A stretch of DNA of 64,000 bases from the human T2T-CHM13v2.0 reference genome, Homo sapiens, in NCBI RefSeq assembly GCF_009914755.1, contig NC_060933.1. One strand, written 5' to 3'. How positions within the stretch are numbered: the first letter of the stretch is position 1; every line of letters starts with the position of its first letter. Position numbers and translations under genes: made by a program. Positions 40,301 to 52,344 of this stretch are shown piece by piece. The notes beneath the pieces are model-generated. The model did not search any database, was not told where the DNA came from, and worked only from the letters and a program-made list of their open reading frames with translations.

Positions 40301-43300
40301 CCATTCCATTCCAATCCATTCCACTCCGTTCTGTTCCGTTCCATTCCATTCCATTCCATTCTATTCAGGTTAATTCCATTACATTCCATTCGATTGCAAT
40401 CGAGTTGATTCCATTCCATTCCATTCCATTCCATTCCATTCCATTCCTTTCCATTCCATTACGGATGATTCCATTCCATTGCATTCCATTCCATTCCATT
40501 CCCCTGTACTCGGGTTGATTCCATTCCATTCCATTCCAATCCATGCCATTCCACTCGTGTTGATTCCATTCTTTCCATTCCATTCAAGTTGAATCCATTC
40601 CATTGCATTCCATTCCATTCCATTCCCCTGCAGTCGGGTTGTTTCCATTCCATTCCATTCCATTCCATTCCATTCCATTCCATTCCGTTCCGTTCCGTTC
40701 CATTCCATTCCATTCCATTCTATTCCGATTAATTCCATTCCATTCCATTCCATTCCATTCCATTCCATTCCAATCGAGTTGATTCCATTCCATTCCATTC
40801 CATTCCATTCCACTCCATTCCAGTCCTTTCCATTCCATTCCACTCGGGTTGATTCCAATGTATTCCTTTCCATTCCATTCCATTCCATTGCAATCGAGTT
40901 GATTCCATTGCTTTGCATTCCATTCCATTCCATTCCATTCCGGATGATTCCATTCCATTGCATTCCATTCCATTCCATTCCCCTGCACTCGGGTTGATTC
41001 CATTCGATTCCACTCCATTCCGTTCCATTCCATTCCATTGCATTGTATTCGGGTTAATTCCATTCCATTCCATTCCATTCCATTCCATTCCATTACAATC
41101 GAGTTGATTCCATTCCATTCCATTCTATTCCAGTCCTTTCCATTCCATTCCTCTCGGGTTGATTCCATTCTATTAGTTTCCATTCCATTCCATTCCCTTC
41201 CATTCCACTCAGGTTTTTTCCATTCCTTTCCATTCCACTCGAATACATTCCCTCCTATTCCACTCAGAACGATTCCATTCCATTCCATTCCATTCCATTC
41301 CATTCCATTCCATTCCACTTCGTTCCATTCCATTCTATTCCGTATCATTCCATTCCATTCCATTCCATTCCATTCCATTCCATTGTACTCGGGTTGATTC
41401 CATTCCATTGCATTCCATTCCATTCCATTCCATTCCACTCCATTCCATTCCGTTGCATTCCATTCCATTACATTCGGATTGATTCTATTCAACTCCTTTA
41501 CTCTCCATTATATTCCATTCCATTCGGGTTGTTCCATTCCATTCCATTCCATTCCACTCCATTCCATTGCACTCGGGTTGATTCCATTCCATTCCATTCC
41601 ATTCCATTCCATTCCGGATGATTCCATTCCATTGCATTCCGATCCATTACATTCCCCTGCACTCGCGTTGATTCCATTCCATTCCATTCAATTCCATTCC
41701 ATTCAATTCCATTCCATTACAATTCGTTCCATTCCATTCTATTCCATACCATTCCATTCCGTTCCATTCCGTTCCATTCCATTCCATTCCATTCTATTCG
41801 AATTAATTCCATTCCATTCCATTCCATTCCATTCCATTCTATGCGGGTTAATTCCATTCCATTCCATTCCATTCCATTCCATTCCATTCTATTCCATTCC
41901 ATTGCAATCGAGTTGAATCCATTGCATTTCATTCCATTCCATTCCATTCCATTCCATTCCGGAAGATTCCATTCCATTGCATTCCATTCCATTCCATTCC
42001 CCTGCACTCGCGTTGATTCCATTCCATTCCATTCCATTCCATTCCATCCATTCCGTTCCGTTCCGTTCCATTCCATTCCATTCCATTCCATTCCATTCCG
42101 TTCCGTTGCATTCCATTCCATTCCTCTCCATTCCATTGCACTCGGGTTGATTCCATTCCATTGCATTCCATTCCATTCCATTCAATTCCATTCCGTTCCA
42201 TTCCATTCCATTACATTCGGATTGATTCTATTCAACTCCCTTACTCTCCATTACATTCCATTCCATTCCATTCGGGTTGTTCCATTCCATTCCATTCCAT
42301 TCCACTCCATTCCATTGCACTCGGGTTGATTCCATTCCATTCCATTCCATTCCATTCCATTCCATTCCAATCGAGTTGATTCCATTCCATTCCATTCCAC
42401 TCCATTCCAGTCCTTTCCATTCCATTCCACTGGGGTTGATTCCAATTTATTCCTTTCCATTCCATTCCATTCCATTGCAATCGAGTTGATTCCTTTGCTT
42501 TGCATTCCATTCCATTCCATTCCATTCCGGATGATTCCATTCCATTGCATTCCATTCCATTCCATTCCCCTGCACTCGGGTTGATTCCATTCGATTCCAC
42601 TCCATTCCGTTCCATTCCATTCCATTCCATTGTATTCGGGTTAATTCCATTCCATTCCATTCCATTCCATTCCATTACAATCGAGTTGATTCCATTCCAT
42701 TCCATTCCATTCCAGTCCTTTCCATTCCATTCCACTCGGGTTGATTCCATTCTATTAGTTTCCATTCCATTCCATTCCCTTCCATTCCACTCTGGTTGAT
42801 ACCATTCCTTTCCATTCCACTCGAATACATTCCCTCCTATTCCACTCAGAACGATTCCATTCCATTCCATTCCATTCCATTCCATTTCGTTCCATTCCAT
42901 TCTATTCCGTATCATTCCATTCCATTCCATTCCATTCCATTCCATTCCATTCCATTCCATTCCATTCCATTGTACTCGGGTTGATTCAATTCCATTGCAT
43001 TCCATTCCATTCCTTTCCATTCCATTCCATTCCATTCCGTTACATTCCATTCCATTACATTCGGATTGATTCTATTCAATTCCCTTACTCTCCGTTACAT
43101 TCCATTGCACTCGGGTTGATTCCATTCCATTCCATTCCATTCCATTCCGGATGATTCCATACCATTGCATTCCGTTCCATTACATTCCCCTGCACTCGCG
43201 TTGATTCCATTCCATTCCATTCCATTCCATTCAATTCCATTCCATTACAATTCGTTCCATTCCATTCTATTCCGTACCATTCCATTCCATTCCATACCAT

Positions 43301-46300
43301 TCCATTCCATTCCATTCCATTCCGTTCCATTCCGTTCCATTCCATTCCATTCCATTCTATTCGGATTAATTCCATTCCATTCCATTCCATTCCATTCTAT
43401 TCCATTCCATTGCAATCGAGTTGAATCCATTGCATTTCATTCCATTCCATTCCATTCCATTCCATTCCGGAAGATTCCATTCCATTGCATTCCATTCCAT
43501 TACATTCCCCTGCACTCGCGTTGATTCCATTCCATTCCATTCCATTCCATTCCGTTCCGTTCCGTTCCATTCCATTCCATTCCATTCCGTTCCGTTGCAT
43601 TCCATTCCATTCCATTCCATTCTATTCGGGTTAATTCCATTCCATTCCATTCGATTGCAATCGAGTTGATTCCATTCCATTCCATTCTATTCCATTCCAT
43701 TCCATTCCATTCCATTCCTTTCCATTCCATTACGGATGATTCCATTCCATTGCATTCCATTCCATTCCATTCCCCTGTACTCGGGTTGATTCCATTCCAT
43801 TCCATTCCAATCCATGCCATTCCACTCGTGTTGATTCCATTCTTTCCATTCCATTCAAGTTGAATCCATTCCATTGCATTCCATTCCATTCGATTCCATT
43901 CTATTGCACTCGGGTTGATTCCATGGCATTGCATTCCATTCCATTCCATTCCATTCCATTCCATTCCATTCCATTCCGTTGCATTCCATTCCATTACATT
44001 CGGATTGATTCTATTCAACTCCCTTACTCTCCATTACATTCCATTCCATTCGTGTTGTTCCATTCCATTCCATTCCATTCCACTCCATTCCATTGCACTC
44101 GGGTTGATTCCATTCCATTCTATTCCATTCCATTCCATTCCGGATGATTCCATTCCATTGCATTCCGTTCCATTACATTCCCCTGCACTCGCGTTGATTC
44201 CGTTCCATTCTATTCCATTCCATTCAATTCCATTCCATTACAATTCGTTCCATTCCATTCTATTCAGTACCATTCCATTCCATTCCATACCATTCCATTC
44301 CATTCCATTCCATTCCATTCCGTTCCATTCCGTTCCATTCCATTCCATTCCATTCTATTCGGGTTAATTCCATTCCATTCCATTCCATTCCATTCTATTC
44401 CATTCCATTGCAATCGAGTTGAATCCATTGCAGTTCATTCCATTCCATTCCATTCCATTCCATTCCATTCCGGAAGATTCCATTCCATTGCATTCCACTC
44501 CATTCCATTCCCCTGCAGTCGCGTTGATTCCATTCCATTCCATTCCATTCCATTCCATCCATTCCGTTCTGTTCCGTTCCATTCCATTCCATTCCATTCC
44601 ATTCCATGCCGTTCCGTTCCATTCCATTCCATTCCATTCCATTCTATTCTGGTTAATTCCATTCCATTCCATTCGATTGCAATCGAGTTGAGTTCCATTC
44701 CATTCCATTCCATTCCTTTCCATTCCATTACGGATGATTCCATTCCATTGCATTCCATTCCATTCCATTCCCCTGTACTCGGGTTGATTCCATTCCATTC
44801 CATTCCAATCCATGCCATTCCACTCGTGTTTATTCCATTCTTTCCATTCCATTCAAGTTGAATCCATTCCATTGCATTCCATTCCATTCGATTCCATTCG
44901 ATTGCACTAGGGTTGATTCCATTCCATTGCATTCCATTCCATTCCATTCCATTCCATTCCATTCCATTCCATTCCGTTCCATTCCATTCCTTTACATTCG
45001 GATTGATTCTATTCAATTCCCTTACTCTCCATTACATTCCATTCCATTCGGGTAGTTTCCATTCCATTCCATTCCATTCCTCTCCATTCCATTGCACTCG
45101 GGTTGATTCCATTCCATTGCATTCCATTCCATTCCATTCAATTCCATTCCGTTCCGTTCCATTCCATTACATTCGGATGGATTCTATTCAACTCCCTTAC
45201 TCTCCATTACATTCCATTCCATTCGGGTTGTTCCATTCCATTACATTCCATTCCACTCCATTCCATTGCACTCGGGTTTATTCCATTCCATTCCATTCCA
45301 TTCCATTCCAGAAGATTCCATTCCATTGCATTCCATTCCATTCCATTCCCCTGCACTCGCGTTGATTCCATTCCATTCCATTCCATTCCATTCCATTCCA
45401 TTCCAATCCATTCCATTCCGTTCCGTTCCGTTCCATTCCATTCCATTCCATTTTATTCGGGTTAATTCCATTCCATTCCATTCGATTGCAATCGAGTTGA
45501 TTCCATTCCATTCCATTCCATTCCATTCCATTCCATTCCATTCCATTACGGATGATTCCATTCCATTGCATTCCATTCCATTCCATTCCCCTGTACTCGT
45601 GTTGATTCCATTCCATTCCATTCCAATCCATGCCATTCCACTCGTGTTGATTCCATTCTTTCCATTCCATTCAAGTTGAATCCATTCCATTGCATTCCAT
45701 TCCATTCCATTCCCCTGCAGTCGGGTTGTTTCCATTCCATTCCATTCCATTCCATTCCGTTCCGTTCCATTCCATTCCATTCCATTCTATTCGGATTAAT
45801 TCCATTCCATTCCATTCCATTCCATTCCATTCCATTCCATTCCAATCGAGTTGATTCCATTCCATTCCATTCCATTCCATTCCACTCCATTCCATTCCTT
45901 TCCATTCCATTCCACTCGGGTTGATTCCAATGTATTCCTTTCCATTCCATTCCATTCCATTGCAATCGAGTTGATTCCATTGCTTTGCATTCCATTCCAT
46001 TCCATTCCATTCCGGATGATTCCATTCCATTGCATTCCATTCCATTCCATTCCCCTGCACTCGGGTTGATTCCATTCGATTCCACTCCATTCCGTTCCAT
46101 TCCATTCCATTGCATTGTATTCGGGTTAATTCCATTGCATTCCATTCCATTCCATTCCATTCCATTCCATTACAATCGAGTTGATTCCATTCCATTCCAT
46201 TCCATTCCAGTCCTTTCCATTCCATTCCTCTCGGGTTGATTCCATTCTATTAGTTTCCATTCCATTCCATTCCCTTCCATTCCACTCAGGTTTTTTCCAT

Positions 46301-48570
46301 TCCTTTCCATTCCACTCGAATACATTCCCTCCTATTCCACTCAGAACGATTCCATTCCATTCCATTCCATTCCATTCCATTCCATTCCATTCCATTTCGT
46401 TCCATTCCATTCTATTCCGTATCATTCCATTCCATTCCATTCCATTCCATTACATTCCATTCCATTCCAGTCCATTCCATTGTACTCGGGTTGATTCAAT
46501 TCCATTGCATTCCATTCCATTCCATTCCATTCCATTCCATTCCGTTGCATTCCATTCCATTACATTCGGATTGATTCTATTCAACTCCCTTACTCTCCAT
46601 TACATTCCATTCCATTCGGGTTGTTCCATTCCATTCCATTCCATTCCACTCCATTCCATTGCACTCGGGTTGATTCCATTCCATTCCATTCCATTCCATT
46701 CCATTCCGGATGATTCCATTCCATTGCATTCCGTTCCATTACATTCCCCTGCACTCGCGTTGATTCCATTCCATTCCATTCCATTCCATTCAATTCCATT
46801 CCATTACAATTCGTTCCATTCCATTCTATTCCGTACCATTCCATGCCATTCCATACCATTCCATTCCATTCCATTCCATTCGGTTCCATTCCGTTCCATT
46901 CCATTCCATTACATTCTATTCGAATTAATTCCATTCCATTCCATTCCATTCCATTCTATTCCATTCCATTGCAATCGAGTTGAATCCATTGCATTTCATT
47001 CCATTCCATTCCATTCCATTCCATTCCGGAAGTTTCCATTCCATTGCACTCCATTCCATTCCATTCCCCTGCACTCGCGTTGATTCCATTCCATTCCTTT
47101 CCATTCCATTCGATTCCATTCCATTCCCCTGCACTAGCGTTGATTCCATTCCATTCCATTCCATTCCATTCCATTCCATTCCATTCCATTCCATTCCATT
47201 CCTTTCCGTTCCATTCCATACAATTCCATTCCATTCCATTCCACTCCGTTCCGTTCCGTTCCGTTACGTTCCGTTCCGTTCCGTTCCATTCCATTCCATT
47301 CCATTCTATTCGGTTTAATTCCATTCCATTCCATTCCATTCCATTCTATTCCATTCCATTGCAATCGAGTTGAATCCATTGCATTCCATTCCATTCCATT
47401 CCATTCCATTCCATTCCATTCCATTCCGGAAGATTCCATTCCATTGCATTAAATTCCATTCCATTCCATTCCATTCCATTCCATTCCATTCCATTGTACT
47501 CGGGTTGATTCCATTCCATTGCATTCCATTCCATTCCATTCCATTCCATTCCATTCCGTTCCATTCCATTCCATTACATTCGGATTGATTCTTTTCAACT
47601 CCCTTACTCTCCATTACATTCCATTCCATTCGGGTTGTTCCATTCCATTCCATTCCATTCCACTCCATTCCATTGCACTCGGGTTGATTCCATTCCATTC
47701 CATTCCGGATGATTCCATTCCATTGCATTCCGTTCCATTACATTCTCCTGCACTCGGGTTGATTCCATTTCATTCCATTCCATTCCATTCAATTCCATTC
47801 CATTCCTTTCCGTTCCGTTCCATTCCATTCCATTCCATTCTATTCGGGTTAATTCCATTCCATTCCATTCGATTGCCATCGAGTTGATTCCATTCCATTC
47901 CATTGCATTCCATTCCATTCCATTCCATTCCATTCCTTTCCATTCCATTACGGATGATTCCATTCCATTGCATTCCATTCCATTCCATTCCCCTGTACTC
48001 GGGTTGATTCCATTCCATTTCATTCCAATCCATGCCATTCCACTCGTGTTGATTCCATTCTTTACATTCCATTCAAGTTGAATCCATTCCATTCCATTCC
48101 ATTCCATTCCATTCCAATCCGTTCCGTTCCGTTCCATTCCATTCCATTCCTTTCTATTCGGGTTAATTCCATTCCATTCCATTCCATTCCATTCCATTCC
48201 AATCAAGTTGATTCCATTCCATTCCATTCCATTCCATTCCATTCCATTCCATTCCAATCAAGTTGATTCCATTCCATTACATTCCGGATGATTCCATTCC
48301 ATTCCATTGCAATCGAGTTGATTCCATTGCTTTGCATTCCATTCCATTCCATTACATTCCGGATGATTCCATTCCATTGCATTCCATTCCATTCCATTCC
48401 CCTGCATTCGGGTTGATTCCATTCCATTCCACTCCATTCCGTTCCGTTCCATTCCATTCCATTCCATTGTATTCGGGTTAATTCCATTCCATTCCATTCC
48501 ATTACAATCGAGTTGATTCCATTCCATTCCATTCCATTCCAGTCCTTTCCATTCCATTCCTCTCTGGTTG
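21770..48570 (+). repeat. Older tandem duplication: copy 1 ~21.77-31.14 kb (~9.4 kb), copy 2 ~31.14-48.57 kb (~10.4 kb after removing the nested 6,964-bp duplication)
   Basis: ORF offsets are 9361-9441 (22034/31395, 23960/33401, 25084/34515), 16400 (26685/43085 = 9436+6964) and 17403-17448 (27455/44858, 30156/47604). Shared rare variants include ACTGAGAACG, TTTCTTTTCG, ACTGGGGTTG and CGGATGGATT. Confidence 0.8.
28567..42626 (+). repeat. Two tandem copies of a 6,964-bp unit, apparently identical
   Basis: ORF track repeats at exactly +6964 from 28572/35536 to 35536/42500. Periodicity breaks at A28566 vs T35530 and at G35663 vs C42627. Confidence 0.93.
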
Positions 48571-51500
48571 ATTCCATTCTATTAGATTCCATTCCAATCC
48601 ATTCCCTTCCATTCCACTCTGGTTGATTCCATTCCTTTCCATTCCACTCGAATACATTCCCTCCTATTCCACTCGGAACGATTCCATTCCATTCCATTCC
48701 ATTCCATTCCATTCCATTCCATTCCATTCCATTTCGTTCCATTCCATTCTATTCCGTATCATTCCATTCCATTCCATTCCATTCCATTCCATTCCATTCC
48801 ATTCCATTCCATTGTACTCGGGTTGATTCCATTCCATTGCATTCCATTCCATTCCATTCCTTTCCATTCGGATTGATTCTATTCAACTCCCTTATTCTCC
48901 ATTACATTCCATTCCATTCGGGTTGTTCCATTCCATTCCATTCCATTCCACTCCATTCCATTGCACTCGGGTTGATTCCATTCCATTCAATTCCATTCCA
49001 TTCCATTCCGGATGATTCCATTCCATTGCATTCCTTTCCATTACATTCCCCTGCACTCGCGTTGATTCCATTCCATTCCATTCAATTCCATTCCATTACA
49101 ATTCGTTCCATTCCATTCTATTCCGTACCATTCCATTCCATTCCATACCATTCCATTCCATTCCATTCCATTCCATTCTTTTCCATTCCGTTCCATTCCA
49201 TTCCATTCCATTCTATTCAGATTAATTCCATTCCATTCCATTCCATTCCATTCTATTCCATTCCATTGCAATCGAGTTGAATCCATTGCATTTCATTCCA
49301 TTCCATTCCATTCCATTCCATTCCGGAAGATTCCATTCCATTGCATTCCATTCCATTCCATTCCCCTGCACTCGCGTTGATTCCATTCCATTCCATTCCA
49401 TTCCATTCCGTTCCATTCCATTCCATTCCATTCCATTCCATTCCATTCCGTTCCGTTCCATTCCATTCCATTCCATTCCATTCTATTCGGGTTATTTCCA
49501 TTCCATTCCATTCGATTGCAATCGAGTTGATTCCATTCCATTCCATTCCATTCCATTCCATTCCATTCCTTTCCATTCCATTACGGATGATTCCATTCCA
49601 TTGCATTCCATTCCATTCCATTCCCCTTTACTCGGGTTGATTCCATTCCATTCCATTCCAATCCATGCCATTCCACTCGTGTTGATTCCATTCTTTCCAT
49701 TCCATTCAAGTTGAATCCATTCCGTTGCATTCCATTCCATTCCATTCCCCTGCAGTCGGGTTGATTCCATTCCATTCCATTCCATTCCATTCCATTTCAT
49801 TCCATTCCAATCAAGTTGATTCCATTCCATTGCATTCCATTCAATTCCATTCCATTCCATTCCACTCCATTCCAGTCCTTTCCATTCCATTCCACTCGGG
49901 TTTATTCCAATGTATTCCTTTCCATTCCATTCCTTTCCATTGCAATCGAGTTGATTCCATTGCTTTGCATTCCATTCCATTCCATTCCATTCCGGATGAT
50001 TCCATTCCATTGCATTCCATTCCATTCCATTCCCCTGCACTCGGGTTGATTCCATTCCATTCCACTCCATTCCATTCCATTCCATTCCATTCCATTTTAT
50101 TCGGGTTAATTCCATTCCATTCTATTCCATTCCATTCCATTCCATTACAATCGAGTTGATTCCATTCAATTCCATTGCATTCCAGTCCTTTCCATTCCAT
50201 TCCACTCGGGTTGATTCCATTCTATTAGTTTCCATTCCATTCCATTCCCTTCCATTCCACTCTGGTTGATTCCATTCCTTTAAATTCCACTCGAATACAT
50301 TCCCTCCTATTCCACTCGGAACGATTCCATTCCATTCCATTCCATTCCATTCCATTCCATTCCATTCCATTTCGTTCCATTCCATTCTATTCCGTATCAT
50401 TCCATTCCATTCCATTGCATTCCATTCCATTCCATTCCATTCCATTCCGTTGCATTCCATTCCATTACATTCGGATTGATTCTATTCAACTCCCTTACTC
50501 TCCATTACATTACATTCCATTCTGGTTGTTCCATTCCATTCCACTCCATTCCATTGCACTCGGGTTGATTCCATTCCATTCCTTTCCATTCCGGATGATT
50601 CCATTCCATTGCATTCCGTTCCATTACATTCCCCTGCACTCGCGTTGATTCCATTCCATTCCATTCCATTCCATTCAATTCCATTCCATTACAATTCGTT
50701 CCATTCCATTCTATTCCGTACCATTCCATTCCATTCCATACCATTCCATTCCATTCCATTCCATTCCATTCCGTTCCATTCCGTTCCATTCCATTCCATT
50801 CCATTCTATTCGGATTAATTCCATTCCATTCCATTCCATTACATTCTATTCCATTCCATTGCAATCCAGTTGAATCCATTGCATTTCATTCCATTCCATT
50901 CCATTCCATTCCATTCCATTCCATTCCGGAAGATTCCATTCCATTGCATTCCTTTCCATTCCATTCCCCTGCACTCGCGTTGATTCCATTCCATACCATT
51001 CCATTCCATTCCGTTCCGTTCCATTCCATTCCATTCCATTCCATTCCGTTCCCTTCCATTCTATTCCATTCCATTCCATTCGGGTTAATTCCATTCCATT
51101 CCATTCGATTGCAAACCAGTTGATTCCATTCCATTCCATTCCATTCCATTCCATTCCATTCCATTCCTTTCCATTCCATTACGGATGATTCCATTCCATT
51201 GCATTCCATTCCATTCCATTCCCCTGTACTCGGGTTGATTCCATTCCATTCCATTCCAATCCATGCCATTCCACTCGTGTTGATTCCATTCTTTCCATTC
51301 CATTCAAGTTGAATCCATTGCATTGCATTCCATTCAATTCGATTCCATTCGATTGCACTCGGGTTTATTCCATTCCATTGCATTCCATTCCATTCCATTC
51401 CATTCCATTCCATTCCATTCCATTACATTCGGATTGATTCTATTCAACTCCCTTACTCTCCATTACATTCCATTCCATTCGGGGTGTTCCATTCCATTCC

Positions 51501-52344
51501 ATTCCATTCCACACCATTCCACTGCACTCGGGTTGATTCCATTCCATTCCATTCCATTCCATTCCATTCCATTCCAGTCCTTTCCATTCCATTCCACTCG
51601 GGTTGATTCCATTCTATTAGTTTCCATTCCATTCCATTCCCTTCCATTCCACTCTGGTTGATTCCATTCCTTTCCATTCCACTCGAATACATTCTCTCCT
51701 ATTCCACTCGGAACGATTCCATTCCATTCCATTCCATTCCATTCCATTCCACTCCATTCCATTTCGTTCCATTCCATTCTATTCCGTATCATTCCATTCC
51801 ATTCCATTCCATTCCGTTCCATTGTACTCGGGTTGATTCCATTTCATTGCATTCCATTCCATTCCATTCCATTCCATTCCATTCCATTCCATTCCATTCC
51901 GTTCCATTCCATTACATTCGGATTGATTCTATTCAACTCCCTAACTCTCCATTACATTCCATTCCATTCGGGTTGTTCCATTCCATTCCATTCCATTCCA
52001 CTCCATTCCATTGCACTCGGGTTGATTCCATTCCATTCCATTCCATTCCATTCCATTCCATTCCATTCCGGATGATTCCATTCCATTGCATTCCGTTCCA
52101 TTACATTCCCCTGCACTCGGGTTGATTCCATTCCATTCCATTCCATTCCATTCGATTCCATTCCATTCCAATTCTTTCCATTCCATTCTATTCCGTACCA
52201 TGCCATTCCATTCCATACAACACCATTCCATTCCATTCCACTCCGTTCCGTTCCGTTCCGTTCCGTTCCGTTCCATTCCATTCCATTCCATTCTATTCGG
52301 GTTAATTCCATTCCATTCCATTCGATTGCAATCGAGTTGATTCC

